DNA from: Eledone cirrhosa
Taxonomy: Eukaryota
DNA: 64,000 nt
Assembly (NCBI GenBank): GCA_964016885.1
Contig: OZ024741.1
Coordinates: 54,250,001-54,314,000, forward strand
Direction: 5' to 3'
Made by a program: the position numbers and the translations under genes. Positions within the stretch are counted from its first letter, which is position 1. Every line of letters starts with the position of its first letter. Positions 14,404-31,194 of the stretch are shown one piece after another. The notes below the pieces were generated by a model. The model did no database searches and was not told the DNA's origin. It was given only the letters and a program-made list of their open reading frames with translations.

Positions 14404-14699
14404 CATACATATATATATATATATACACACACACACAAACACACACACACACACATATATATATATTTATATATATATATATATAAATGGTGTGGATGAC
14501 TGTGTACATATACATCTGTTGAGCAATGACTTTCATTCCAACCATGCAGCACCGTCATCAACCCACTGTAGTCCACGTTGTATATCAACTCTTGTCTAGT
14601 TAAGTAACATCATGTGTCTCTGCAAGTTCCAGTCGACTGATTTTACACTTGTCAGTCGTGATACCACGTCCAACACGACTGCGTATATCTGTCCTGTTC

Positions 14700-15420
14700 A
14701 TAAAAATAATGAACAGCATTTTTCTAATTATCTAATTTAATAAACCTCTCTAAAACATCAATGGTATTTCCCCATTCGTTAAGTGCTGTTTTATACCTAA
14801 TAGTAGATCTAATTCTATCAAAAATACTTTTACTAATTTTTCCTATATCCGAGGTCGAAGGGCATATTAATCTAATAGATAGGTTACTGACAACATCTTT
14901 CTTGTGGTTCATAAGGTTAACACTAGGGGGTGGGGAGTATATGGTTTAGAATATTTTTCCAAATTAAGTTATTTAACAATGTTTTTCCCTATCTATTGAT
15001 GTCCATTAACTTAACTTTGTTAGTTTTTATAGTTGTTTTGAAGTTCTTTTTGATAAAATAATTATATGAATTATAGTCTATACTGTATAGGCTTTAAGTC
15101 TTGTCTGTAAATACCTGTATTTTCTCTGTTATCTAAAATAGTTTATGGTAGAGTCGTGTTGGTTCAATAATGGGTTATAATACATAGAAGCTTTTTTTAT
15201 TAACAGCTCATTTTCAAAATTATCCAACATGGATATACAAGGCTAAATCTTGGACGTACGAAATCCAGATTTATAGGGTTTTCTCATATTATTATCTTTG
15301 TAGTCATTTTCTCTCACGTAATAAACATTTCTATCGAAATCTCCGGATAAAAGAATTACTGCTGCTGATGAAGTATTTTAAATAGATTTTCTTTTCAAGC
15401 ACTTGAATACAATTTAAGGG
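14700..15420 (-). pseudogene. Degenerate Penelope-like reverse transcriptase N-terminal fragment
   Basis: IRLICPSTSDIGKISKSIFDRIRSTIRYKTALNEWGNTIDVLERF matches the PLE pattern RLINP.KSEIG.ISK.ILD.I...LNQW.NT..V..WF. Upper boundary approximate. Confidence 0.75.
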
Positions 15421-16218
15421 ATATTGGAATGTAATCCTTGGGTAGCATCTTAACCAAAGTTATGTATAAGCTCAACACAAAGGAGAAGTAATAAACAAGT
15501 TAACGTGAGTAGATAATTCAACGATAAAATGACAAGGAAAAATTTTAAAGCTCAATGTAATTTTATAATCTACAGCAAGAAACGTGAAGAGAAAACTGTT
15601 CAGAGTATGATCAATTGGTTCATTTCCAATCACAGCAGTGTTATAGTCTTATAGTGCATATATATAACAAATATTAACAAAGCATTTAATTAAAGAAATT
15701 TACGCCCGTTTCCGTAGACTAACAAAAATATGACTTTTCTGTTAGAATAACTCCTCAGAATTGATCAAATCAAATACAAATAGATGTTCTAGAATTCCAG
15801 TGAGAGAAAATGCCTATAAATGTAAACAATATCATACAAATATTGTTGGGAAAATGTTAAAATTGATGGATGCCTAAGAAGGTAATTAATTTATCAGTGA
15901 TAAAAAATCAAAAATTACGTTCAGTAACTGTAGATATTTTACGAACTACATTGTATTGATACACATATACTATACACTAAAATAGAGCTACTGGTATGTA
16001 AATAGAACTTATAAGATCAATTATAATTGGTAGGTGAAATTATACCTAACTTGCTGTGGAATATAAAATCACATTGACCTCTCAGACTTTTCTTTGCCTG
16101 TATATGGTTTTAATATCATTTCACTTAAACTTGTATATATATATAGTGAAAAATGGAACGGGAACAAAACAGAGGCAGTACGAACAAAGGTTTATTAGTT
16201 TCACGCTCTTGAGAGTGG

Positions 16219-16322
<104 letters not shown>

Positions 16323-16704
16323 CAGTGAGATTGTATTTCGGCCGCTGCCAAAATAAAACGAAACGCAATTTTCGAGATATGCCGGCAATGGACTAGGAAG
16401 AAACCAGAACAATTAACATACGTTATAAGGTCCAGACATATTATAAAAATGGCTGTGATATGACAAGCCAGGCAGCCGAAAAAGCGAGCAACCTAAACAG
16501 GTTAACCAAAAATTTCAACTGAACCTTCCTGGAACTTGGTGGTAAAATCCAGTGGGAGGTTTCTGTGACTACTAAATCAAGTATACTGTCTACTTTCGTT
16601 GTAAGCATAATGATCGAACAAGGCAGACAGGTTTTTGCTCTCAACCGCCTACCAGGTTCAAATGAAGCATTAGTGAAGCCACTACCTCACGTGGTTAACC
16701 TGCA

Positions 16705-16764
<60 letters not shown>

Positions 16765-16768
16765 GCAC

Positions 16769-16844
<76 letters not shown>

Positions 16845-16850
16845 GCACAC

Positions 16851-16901
<51 letters not shown>

Positions 16902-17129
16902 GGTGTGTGTGTGTATCTAAGAGTTAATAGTAATTACAAAAAATGAGTCAATCAAATGTAAATATGAAGTTAATTTCTAGTATGTAAAACGCTAGACAAC
17001 TACACTCATACAATCGTCAATACTCAGAATTTAATGAAGATGAGTCCAATACAAACTCTGAGTACCATTGGAAACATACGCCTAATTTGGCATGTATTTT
17101 ATGTAATACATATGCACACATATACCAAC

Positions 17130-17266
<137 letters not shown>

Positions 17267-18737
17267 AATATATATATATATAAATATATATATATAAAAT
17301 TAAGGGACGAAGCTTATCGAATAGAGTAGAGACAGCTTTTGTCATTTTCTCACTCATTCAATAATCAAGTCTGTATTATATATATTCAAACCCAACCGAT
17401 TAGAGTGTTCACATACCTTAATCAGTGAGGAAGACGACTTCGAGATACCCGGACCGATGCACCAGTTCCTACGATTCCCATCTGCTGGCGTTGGTCCGGG
17501 TGGAGCCACCATGTGCAGAAATTTGGTAATGTATATATATATATAACGAAGAAAGTGTGGTAAGGAACCAGGTGGATCGTAACACACCAGAATACTCTAT
17601 ACTTAGGCTAGTAGAGTGGGTAATAGGAAAAGAGTTAGGACACCGTCGGCTGAGCTCCAGCCGCTTCGACACGTACTAAACCAGTACTACTACTTTATAC
17701 GAACTAAACCAGTACTACTACTTTAGTTCGGATCTAGCTGTCGAAACGGCCGGAGCTCAGCCGTCGGGGTCTTGACCTCTTTACATATATATATATATAA
17801 CAGTTTAACTAATGTTAAATCATCCATTGGAGGATACAAGCTAAACGAATCAATATTAGAATGTTTCTGTTTCTCTAACTGCTGTTTCTGGAATCAAGAA
17901 AGAATACTAATTATCCCAATACATTAAGACAACCAATATTGGAGGTTTTCTTTCATTGAAGGGATTCGTTGGATATAGAAAATATATTCAATGTACAGAA
18001 TACAGACCCTGTCTTTATCAAACAGCTTGGTACATTGAATAACTTCTGTGTTATGTGATTACCAAATGAATGTGTATATCAGCACAATATAACAGGTGTG
18101 TAGTGACACTGGCAATAATATATATTATACTCATCTAGCACCTCAACAATTAACGAGTAGCAATATTCAAACAGAAAGTTATTTGTTACTGTTATAGTTC
18201 GACATCTCCATGACAAGAACTAGAGAATCCTTAAAATCGTAGTTTAACTAATGCCAACACATCTCTTGGACGGATAAAATCTAGACAAAGAAACAATAGA
18301 AATTTTGGCTCTTATCGCTTCCTAGTATTAAGAGATAATATAAATTATCCAAATAAATTAAGAAAACCAATATTGGAAGCAATCCCTTCATCAGAGGGAT
18401 TCTTTGAATACAGGAAAAATATTCAATAGATAGAATACGGACATTGTTATTAGTGAAAATAATTTCTGTGAGAAATTATTATAAGAACTTAGATCGACAT
18501 AATGTGAAATGCATAGATGCCTCCGCAAATATTTTGATATTGTTGTCCATACCTACTGAATGAAACGAGAACCGTGTCTGAACAAACTTAAAAACGATAA
18601 TGTCACGCAGAAACAATACCTGAATAGAACATAACAAGGTGGAAAAAAGGAAAGAAATCCAGTTTAGCATTTTAACAAACAAACGTCAAAATACTTATAA
18701 ATATGTGTGTGTGTGTGTGTGTGCGTGTGGGTGTGTC

Positions 18738-18786
<49 letters not shown>

Positions 18787-19559
18787 GCGTGTGTGTGTTT
18801 ATTTATATATGTGTGAGTGTGTGTTTATGAGTGTGCGTATGTGTGTGCATGTGTGTACGCGTGTGTGTGTGTGTGAAAACAAAAGATTAAACAAGGGTTA
18901 TTATATGGATTTATGAACGTTTCGTTAGAATGACGAAATGAATATTCATTCCTTTAAAAATAACCCTTCAGAATCAATGAAATTCAAATAACACTCTAGC
19001 ATGTTGTAAAGACACTGTGAAAGAGAAAAATCAGGGCAAAGAACATAAACAATAGTATTCAAATTCTGTAGGGAAAACGTTAAAACCCATGGAAGCCTAA
19101 AGACGTAATTAAAATGTAAAAAGGATAAAAAGATATATCATATGCTTCAGAAACTATAGATGTTTTATTAACTAAAATATAATGATACAAAATTTAAACT
19201 GGACTAAAATAGAACTAGGTGTATACTAATAGGAATTATAAGGTTTATTATCCTTAATGAATGAAATTATAACAATTATATTAATAGAATATAGTAAGTG
19301 GACATTAAAGGTTTATGGAGGCATACAACAGAAATAAATATATCGATGATCAAAATATAGATTTATTGACTAAGAAACGTCGATTAATGAAACCTATACT
19401 TACAGGAGAGAAAGACTACTTTAAGAGAGGTAACAGATATGAATTTCAGAATGTAAATTAACATAGAGGTGGGGTATAAAAGATATATGAAACTAATTTT
19501 AAATTTGTTAATAAAATACTTTGACAGGGATGTCATAGCTATAGTTAATCAGGGAAGAT

Positions 19560-20030
19560 TTTATAAAAGAAAGAGTGAAAAGGTCTACCTGAAACGAAAG
19601 GATAATCTCATTTTTAGAGTTGAGAAGGATAATTTTAGAAGTAATAAATTCAAACGCGTCGGTCAGAGAAAGATACTATTTAGTTCTACCTCCTCCATAA
19701 GGATTTGCAAATTAATAATATTCCACTTAAAGAGTATTGTATGTTATCAGCTTAATTTAACTAAAGAAGTAGAATTCCTTAATTTACCATTCTTAAAAAA
19801 TGTGAATGCAGTTGCATCTATGTAATTGCAAGAATTATTAGATATTGAGGCTTCCCACTTATATATAACAATCTTTCTAAGGCAGTGTCCCCTAAACGGG
19901 CAAGCGTCAACAACAGCTGCAATTAGCTATTGAAGTATTAGTATTAAGAGATCTATTTACTATTGAGGCAGATATGAATAAACAGCCGTTTCGAAACAAA
20001 TAAATTAGGATGGTGACTCTATAACAACCA
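19560..20030 (-). pseudogene. Degenerate Penelope-like GIY-YIG endonuclease fragment
   Basis: Minus-strand reading gives DACPFRGHCLRKIVIYK, NYIDAT, NSTSL, ANPYGGG and LLNSKNEII, with stops and frameshifts. Confidence 0.65.
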
Positions 20031-20148
20031 AATATTTTTTAAAAGACTTCAGTTACATTTTCGATTTATTTTCTTTATACATTCACTCGTGTAGGACATC
20101 TCGTTTTTTTTTCATAAAAAAAAACTCATATAAATATATATATATATG

Positions 20149-20185
<37 letters not shown>

Positions 20186-21273
20186 ATGCATGCACATGCA
20201 TATGTCTGTGGATATGTGTATATATGTGTGTATATGTGGATATGTATGTGTGCGTGTATATGTATATGTACGTATATGTATGTGTGTGTATATGTATTTA
20301 TATATGTATATGTATGTATATATGTATATGTATGTATATATGTATATGTATGTATATATGTATATGTATGTATGTGTGTGTGTGTTCGTGTATGTGTGTA
20401 TGTATATGCATATGGGCTGTATGTATGTTTACATGTAGGGAAATAATATGTGAGCTAGCATGATTCCCCCACTTCCCCTCTCAAACCAACATCACCAACA
20501 GAAATTTCTATCAACAAAACATTCCAAAACTAACCTTATTTTTCTCTTTACTGTCATCCCATTTTTATCTAAAGACTTGTATCTTACACCCCATTAAACA
20601 CCCCCCCCCCCCGCCCCCCGACAACCAGATGCTCACCCAAATTCATCTTTATTATAGAAAATTGTCGAAGTTATTTTTTCATAAATTTAAGATAGTTGAT
20701 TCAGCTATAGGAAAAGAATTTGAAAAACATCTGGCTATTATATTCAGCAAAGGTCATTTATTGAAATGGAACCAGCAGGATGGCGCTTTAACAACCCCAT
20801 TCTAAAACACTCCTTCAACACCCCCAACAACTCCCAACAACTCCCAATCAATTATCTTGCTCTTACCATTCACTACTTTCTGTATATATATAATTCCTCT
20901 AAATCTTCAACAACATTTCTTCACTCTCACACTCATTAATCCCCACCCTCCACCCCAGGCACACACAAATCTCTTATATAGAGACTCACACATCATAACA
21001 CAACCTAAGATCAGTTTTACAATGGCCACCGACGAATGCGGGAAAGTTCTCCAGGAAAGTTAACCAAGAATCTTCAAAAATTCTCCCCGCTTAAGTTAGC
21101 AAAGAAATTACTAGATCTACCAAACCAAATTGAAAAATTATTAACATAAAATTAAATTAAATTGATTAGAACTACAATTGAAGTCATTCTTTTTCTTTTT
21201 TTAAATATATATATACATATGTATATATACGAGCGCGCGCGCACACACATGCACGCACGCACACACATGCACG

Positions 21274-21350
<77 letters not shown>

Positions 21351-22098
21351 GCATATATATATGCATATTTATCAATGCCAGGAGCGGTTGTATCTCAGCG
21401 TACTCAATAGGTCATGTAGGATACATTCCCAGAGTATACACATAGTTATTCGCTTCAATACACACACGTAAAAGAGGTGCCTATAATAGTTCCCGGACTC
21501 GAATTTCAGCCACACTTAATGCAGCAGTAGGGTGCACTGCACCCTCTGTCTGCATATATTATGCAACAATGCATAATCGGCGTATGTGGCCTCATCAGCG
21601 GGTATCGGCTAAACAATAACCAATCGATCCACAGAATCCAAACCCCAGCCCATGCCGGCCATGACTGTTTGTGACGGCCAACATAGTAAAGTGATTAGCA
21701 ACTGGAATCGGATACAATTCTGTCGCTCGAATACATAACAAAGATGTGGTAAGATACCAGGTGGACCATAACGCATAAGAGTAGTCGATATTTTGGGTAG
21801 TAGAGTGGGTGTTTATCGCACTACATGGCTGAATACAATAAATGCAATCTGAGTTTTTCGACTATTAACAATAATATTCGATTCGTTTGCAATTATGCAA
21901 ATAGCCTCTTTAAGCCATGTCAGTAGAATGACTCTATTATTCTTACTCTTGTGTTGGCAGATATAAGTTCATCCCGGGTTCAATCGGGGGTAGCCACAGT
22001 CATTAAGGTATTCAGTACAAAGCAGAGTATAAATATTTAATATAGAAAAGGCTTCTACATGACTAGAACAGCTTCATTCGGGAGAAATGATCAGGATT

Positions 22099-22116
<18 letters not shown>

Positions 22117-22153
<37 letters not shown>

Positions 22154-22409
22154 GTGTGTGCGTGTGTGTGTGTGTGTGTGTGTGCGCGTGCGCGTGTGTG
22201 TGTGCGTGTGCGTGTGCCTGTGTGTGTGTGTGTGCGTGTGTGTGCGTGTGTGTGTGTGTGTGCGTGTGTGTGTGTGTGTGTGCGTGCGCGTGTGTGTGTG
22301 CGTGTGCGTGTGCGTGTGTGTGTGTGTGTGCGTGTGTGTGCGTGTGTGTGTGTGTGTGTGCGTGTGTGTGCGTGTGTGTGTGTGTATGTGTGTGTGTGTG
22401 TGTGTGTGC

Positions 22410-22476
<67 letters not shown>

Positions 22477-22490
22477 CGCGTGCGCGTGTG

Positions 22491-22529
<39 letters not shown>

Positions 22530-22591
22530 GTGTGCGTGTGTGTGAGTGTGTGTGTGTGTGTGCGTGTGTGTACGTGTGTGTGTGTGCGTGT

Positions 22592-22636
<45 letters not shown>

Positions 22637-22756
22637 TGTGCGTGTGTATGTGTGTGTGTGTGTGTGTGCGTGCGCGTGTGTGTGTGCGTGTGTGTGTGTG
22701 TGTGTGCGTGTGTGTGCGTGTGTGTGTGTGCGTGTGTGTGTGTGCGTGCGCGTGTG

Positions 22757-22788
<32 letters not shown>

Positions 22789-22792
22789 CGTG

Positions 22793-22856
<64 letters not shown>

Positions 22857-22894
22857 TGTGTGTGTGTGTGTGTGTGCGTGTGCGTGTGTGTGTG
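22117..22894. repeat. ~780-bp (TG)n microsatellite with CG interruptions
   Basis: Directly visible; almost pure purine-pyrimidine alternation. Confidence 0.97.
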
Positions 22895-23459
22895 TAAGTA
22901 TGTACATACGCATCTCCACGTATATGTAAGTACCCGATACAGAAAGGACACATTATCTGTATGCTGCATTTGAGTGTGAACTGGATGGCACTTCCTTGTT
23001 TAAAAATTATTTATTATATCTGCATATCGACTGCTGGTATTAGTAACAAGGATAATGATGTGTGTGTATGTATGTCTTAATATAGGTGTATATGTGTGTG
23101 TATATGTGTGTGTGCACATGTGCATGTGTATGCGCATGTGCGTGTGAGTGAGTGTGTGTAATAAAAACATATCCAAACATAAGTACAAATGTCAAATGAA
23201 CACAGCAAAACATATGTCGTTAACATATTGATGGAAGTTGTGAAAACAAAATTTCTCAGCCCTTCACATGAATGCTAGATGAAAAATTACGTTTGAGTAC
23301 ACATTTTTTGTATACATACACAAACTCACAGAATATATATGAACGTGTGCGTCTGTGGGAGTAGGTGTGGGCATAGATAGATAAGGATATACGTAGAAGC
23401 AAACATACATATATGTGTGTTCGTATGTATTAATGTATGTATGTTCATATAGATACATA

Positions 23460-24753
<1,294 letters not shown>

Positions 24754-24822
24754 GACGTATATAATAAGAAAAATATAAAAATAAGAAAATTATAAAAATT
24801 TACTTACTAAACTAAAATTTCA

Positions 24823-24906
24823 CTCCAACTAATTAGTTTCTGAAAGGGAATAAACATGGTTTCCGATTGGAACAACATGGAGAAATATCCTTTCGTCATC
24901 AGGGAG
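24823..24906 (-). ncRNA. Type I hammerhead ribozyme motif with extended stem II
   Basis: Minus strand: CTCC-CTGATGA-c GAAAGG...CCTTTC a-GAAA-CT AATT AG-TT-GGAG; stem I CTCC/GGAG, palindromic loop 3 AATT, GUU site. Confidence 0.7.
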
Positions 24907-25357
24907 ATCTGTTCTCAGCTAAGTTCCCAGGCAATGCGTGGACACAGGGAACTTATACAAAAATAATTCAGTGGATGGAAAAAATCAAGCGAGGACTAAA
25001 TTCCAGGACATTGAAAAAATCACTGCCTACTTAGTCGGTGACCAATTAAAAAGAATCAATCACGTGACATCGAGGTCAATCAGTGAGGAGTGGGGGTGCT
25101 AATAAGACAGTAGCCTGGCTATTACTATGAATCATAGCAGTAGTTTTGGCAAATTTTTGCTCAACAAAATAATTTGGAGATAATTATAAAGAATTAGTAT
25201 ATCTACCAACATATATATACAGATGCATACTTATGCTAGCAAATATATAGGTTTTGTCTTAGTAACTTTGTGGTTCAATGCAAGGGGATGCAGAACAATT
25301 ATATGAAAGACGTAAAATAAGAAAATTATAAAAATTTACTATATATATATATATATA

Positions 25358-25847
25358 TATTTATTAAAATAACAGATTAAAGTTTAAGCAAAGAATCGCT
25401 GCTTTCACCCTTAACGGGATCTTCTGAAACTAAAAGAGTCAATCTGTGAACGCAGAAGTAAATATTTCAAAAAACGTTGCAACTGAAGGAAGACAGGAAG
25501 ACGATACTTTGGTTCGTGGAAACGTTCCTTGGCAAAGAACGGAAAAAAACGAAGATAATACGTCATTGTAAACAATTACACGCGAATTACATTGCAGTGA
25601 AAACAATTACATGCGAATTACACTGCAGCAAATAATGACGCATTATCTTCGTTTTCTTTTCCGTTCTTTGCCAGGGAACGTTTCCACGAACCGATGTATC
25701 GTCTTCCTGTGTTCCTGCGGTTGCAACGTTTTTTTGAAATATTTACTTCTGCGTTCACAGATTGACTGTTTTAGTTTCAGAAGATCCCGTTAAGGGTGAA
25801 AGCAGCGATTCTTTGCTTAAACTTTAATCTGTTATTTTAATAAATAT
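25358..25847. repeat. Fold-back element (~210-bp arms)
   Basis: 25358-25567 is the reverse complement of 25633-25847; same family as the 12722-13005 palindrome. Confidence 0.9.
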
Positions 25848-26162
25848 TTTCTCTACGGTTCTTATATATCTGATATATATTTATCCTTATCGAGCCCTCT
25901 TTGGATTTTAGTCTTCAAATTTATTATTATTACTATATATATATATAATATATATACATGCCTATATATATATATATTTATTTATTTTTAATATTGCATT
26001 GTATTAAGATACTTTTGGGTGAATTTGGGTTTTATTCTTTTCATTCCTATATCTTTCAAGATGTGTTTTCTTTTTAGGATATTGCATACCTTCTTTAGGA
26101 AAAATTACGTGACGGTAAAGACATAATAAGTGTATATGTACATATATATATGTGGGTGTATG

Positions 26163-26198
<36 letters not shown>

Positions 26199-26283
26199 TG
26201 TATGTATGTATGTATGTATGTATACATACATGCATGTATGTATGCGTGTGTGTATATATATATATATATATACATATATATGC

Positions 26284-26382
<99 letters not shown>

Positions 26383-26567
26383 AAATAAATTAACTATGGA
26401 TATATAACAGATTCAGAAGCGAAAACCAACCAAACAGTGAGGGTGTTCTGTTATTATTTCTACCTATATTATTACAATATGACCCTCCCCAAGTATAACA
26501 ATATTTGTTTCGACACACGATTTCATATCAAAACCCTTGCAAAACATATATATATATATATACATAT

Positions 26568-26810
26568 ATGTCACAGAAGAAATAGAATCAGTGTTGCGGC
26601 TAAAGGAATTTATTGGACATATTACAAATATTTCTCGGGCCACCAGCTCGAGGCACGATCGATTTGGTGATCACACCTGACTCTGAAATCATGAAATCAA
26701 CACGGTCGTCAGATACGCCTCGATTCTACGAAGCTGGTCGCCCGAGAAATATTTGTAATATGTCCAATAAATTCCTTTCGTCGCAACACTGATTCTCTTT
26801 TTCTGTGATA
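26568..26810. repeat. Fold-back element (~80-bp arms) between (TA)n tracts
   Basis: 26568-26648 is the reverse complement of 26732-26810. Confidence 0.85.
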
Positions 26811-26996
26811 TCATACTCTACGAGGGCATTGAGTGCTTATACAGCCTACCGCATACGGACGCTTTAAGCACCAACACCAATTATATATATATATATATAT
26901 CAAGAGATGTCAACATGAATGGACCTGTTATATTTATCTAAACATCTTTTCCAATTCCAACCCGCCCATCCCTTCAATCTATCTTATTTCTCATTC

Positions 26997-27036
26997 TTTC
27001 TTCTGGTGAAGGACTATCGTCCGAAACACGTTAAAA
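26997..27036 (+). ncRNA. Mutated minimal hammerhead motif
   Basis: CTGGTGAA-GGAC TATC GTCC-GAAAC AC GTT; perfect stem II and GAAAC, but the core has A6>G. Related deleted copy at ~9880-10030. Confidence 0.45.
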
Positions 27037-27192
27037 CCCTCTTCCTGCTATTTCAAACGTTAACCTAATATATTCCTTCCATACACTGTACCGATTGTGT
27101 TGTTATTTCTGTTTACCTTTTACATACACATACACACATACACACATACATACACACACACACATATATATATATATACATATATATATATA

Positions 27193-27320
<128 letters not shown>

Positions 27321-27974
27321 TTATTCACGTTATAAATATATATACATACATATTCTTCCTTTACAATTAACTCCTGGTGGGGTTGTAGGAGCACCGTAGT
27401 GACAAATATGACTTCTTGGTCATTTTTTGAAGTTGGTGGAGCACATCTCTTATCCATGTCTAAATCACACCTGATTTCTTCTAGAGAAGAAAAGAGAATG
27501 ATAGAGAATAATTTAAAAACACATATAGAGGAGGAATCGACACGAATACTTGACTGGTATTCTATCGATTCGAAAGTATGAACGCTAAATTTTGTATCTG
27601 AAAACGTATGTTGAATCAGATATTGTTATACTTTGGGAAGGTCATGCTGCCAAAAAAATCACACGCACCTGTTGGTTTTCACTCACTTAAATTTATTTCC
27701 CAGTCGGTTATTAAACTAACCTGATACTTGTTCAGTTGTTAATTGTCATCAAACCGCTTTATTCACAAATTATGTGACCTACTCAGTGACTTCATTTGTT
27801 ATCTTGTCTCTCCTTTGTTCCGTCTTACACCATCTTGTTTTTGTGAGCTGTGCACTTCAGCTGCGTATGCGATACATCGGGGTTTCTGTGTGTGTTTTTA
27901 TTTATTTTTAAAATAAATTTAATGTTTATTTATTTATAACATTATTTATTTATTTTCTCTCTTCCCTACTTCTC

Positions 27975-28690
27975 TGTGAACTGCTCGCTGCCTCCAAACC
28001 CCACAGTGGTGCCTGCCTCCATGCCCTGCCCTCCTTCTCCACTGGCACGCAGCTAGACAACAATAGCCTGCGCATCAGCGTTTCCTTGAGGCTTGGCCTC
28101 CGGATCTGCGAGCCACACCAATGTCGCTGCGGATCCACGGTGGACTCTTTCGGCCTCAAACCGCTTTCCTGTCGCCACAGTGCCGGCCGCCTTCCACGCC
28201 ATGCTGCCCTCAACGAGGTCATAAAGCATGGCTTGTACGCTGCGGGCCTCCCTTCCCAGCTCGAGCCGGTGGGGATGGATCGAGGGGACGGAAAAAGGCC
28301 AGATTGCATGACCATCTTCCCGTTCCGCGGTGGCAAACCCCTCGTCTGGGATGCCACTTGCACTGACACTTTCTGAGGCCGCAACCTGGTGCAGTCTACC
28401 ACTAACCCAGGTTCTGCTGCACGTCGGCCTGAGGACGCCAAGCTCCTCAAATACCGGTCGCTCTCCGACAGGTTTGCGGTTGTACCCCTAGCAGGGGAGA
28501 CTTCTGGTGTCCTCGTACTCCAGGGCTACCTCTCTACTCACCACCATAGGCGCTGAGCTGGTCAGCCGCAGGTGTGAACCACCCGAGTTCGAGTGGCTTT
28601 TCCAGCGCGTCTCCCTTGCCGTCCTCCGCGAGAACGCCTTCTCCATCCTGTCCGCCGGGGCTGCGTGTGTGCTTGGGATCGCGTAACATT
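27975..28690 (+). mobile_element. 3' fragment of a CRE-clade non-LTR retrotransposon (Zn motif plus restriction-like endonuclease)
   Basis: [87 protein letters not shown]; stop at 28374-28376. Confidence 0.85.
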
Positions 28691-30065
28691 CCATATTTAG
28701 GTATCCAGATTTCATACGCTTATCAAAGGAGTGCTTAATTATTGGAATATATAAACTGCTACTGTTACTGCTACTGCTACTGCTCCTGATGTTATTACTC
28801 TCAACCACTTGCACGGGGAAGAGAAGGAGAGACTGAAGTTGATAGTAATGATAGTGATGATGATCGTCATGAAATTTATGATAAAATTCCAGTTAGGAAC
28901 CTCACATTTGTATTTACTCTAATGAAATGTGAGTTACTTCTGTTAAGAATGATAAAGCATGCTAACAGTGTTAGAACAGTTTTAAAATATATGTTGCTGT
29001 ATATTTAGTAAGTGGCAGTATTGTAAATATCAAGTGAAATATATTAATGAAATATTCAAATAAACGTTAAAATTAAAGGTGATAAGGTTTGTGTGTTTAT
29101 TTATTTATTTCTTAGATATGTTTATTTGCTTATTTATTTATACATTATTATTTATTTATTTTCTCTCTACCCTACATATCACTAGTTGGTTACTTGTTCT
29201 ATCTATGTATATCTGGTTTATTTTATTAATTTAGTTTTTGTGTGTCTGTATATGTCTTTATAATGTCCGTAGTTACTAGGTGGTGTGAGTGTTGCTATTC
29301 CACTCATGCTTTCTATTTAGTTTTGGTCGGAGGTCGTTTAGACTTATCGCTTCAGTAATCTGTCGCTGCATAGCGTCTGTGCTGTATGTGGATATAATTT
29401 GTATCTCGCTGTACTATAGAGAGCCACCAGGTTCCATTCTAGCATGTTACTGGAGTACAGATGAGTTTTTCCCATCTTGGATTTCAAATCTTCATCTTCC
29501 AGATATATCTTCGAAAACACGGCTAACATTGCGTCTTACCAGATAATTCCGAGTTAATATTACATTTTATTTTAAAATCTGATATAATTTACCATTAACA
29601 GATGCATATAAATATTTCTAAAAGAGAAAGCAACTTGACTAAGTCGTGTAGATTTATCTAAAGGTTTACTTTAAGAAAATGCATTCATCTGAATACGGAT
29701 ACTCATCGATTGAGAAGAAATGGTAAACACCAAACATTGGTATTTTACTGTATATATATATATAAATATAAATTAGAATCAACTAAATAGAATCAACTAA
29801 AAAAAATCAAGAAAATTAACTGGTCAATAGCTAGACTCAGGAGATTAATACAAACATAAATTAGCGAGAATCGTATTTCGGCTATTGGAAATTAGCGAAA
29901 AACAACTTCCGAGATGTGTGGCAAGCGCTCAATAAATTCTAATGAACCAGAGCTACAACATACGTTAAAAGGCCAAACACACTGAGACGATGGTGAAACC
30001 ATTATCCACACAGCCATAGAAACGACCAAGTAATTCGGGTCAAACATAAAAAAAGTGATTGAAAA

Positions 30066-30142
<77 letters not shown>

Positions 30143-30662
30143 GGGTGGAAGGTTTCTGTCTATAGGCATGTGTGTACACATGTTTGTGTATGTGTGTGTG
30201 TGTGTAAAGACGCGTGGTTAGGGAGTTCACCTTACGATTGTAAGAATGTGTGTTATATTTCCCGAATCTCACATTGTTCCCTTCAGCAAGTATTTTCATT
30301 TCACATTGATTTTGTTCACTCAGCTCGCGTAAATGAATTTCTCCCTGTTAATTAAACTTGCCAGATTTGTCACACATCGTGTGATGCTGAATCGTGTTTG
30401 TGAAATGTTCAGCCACTTACACGAGGAAGTTGATAATGAATGTTAAAATTAAAAGTGATAAGGTATAAGTTTTTTATATGACTATTTCCACTTTCAAATC
30501 CTAATATTTTGCTATTTTCTTATTTAACATGCTCAAAAGATAATCCATTTGACGTATTTAAATTCATTATAGTTTCACTTTCTACGGTTATTATTTATTA
30601 TATTGAATTATATTATATATATTTATTATATTATATTTATATTATATTTATTATATTACATA

Positions 30663-30853
30663 GGGCGGTGGATTGGCAGTATCGGTAGAGGGTCGGACGC
30701 CATGCTTTGCAGCAAAGAGTTACGGCCCTTTATGGTCTGAGTTCAAATCCCGCCAAGGTTAACTTTGCCTTTCCCCCTTACGGGGTCGATAAAATAAAGT
30801 ACCAGTAATGCACTGGGATACTTGCTGGCCTTGTGGAAAAAGTAGAAATAATT
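30663..30853 (+). mobile_element. tRNA-derived SINE copy
   Basis: High identity to 10259-10445. Confidence 0.88.
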
Positions 30854-31194
30854 ATTTATTATATTGAAAAATATATACACAGATTTGTAAGAATGTATGA
30901 GTTTAAGTAACCAAAGGATCACAATACTTTCCATGTAATTCATAATTAAGAAGTAATGAATTACACTCTAATCTGCCTTTTGTTGCAATGCATACACAAC
31001 CGAAGTACACATCTATTTCAAATTAATTTTTACCTTCAAAATTAGAATCATCACTTAAGTGTTCCTGGCGGCTCTTAATTATTGATATGAATTTTGTTAA
31101 TGGCAAAAGGAATACGAACACGAATACAGGCGGCTAAAATGGGATTCCTCAGAAGGTCTTTTCGAGTTATTTGTTAGGGTGCATAGTTGGCAGA

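Noticed and set aside
17675-17725. Direct repeat ACTAAACCAGTACTACTACTTTA x2 as a CRISPR-like array
   Set aside because: Only two copies, 5-nt spacer, eukaryotic context, no cas genes; it is the loop of a fold-back.
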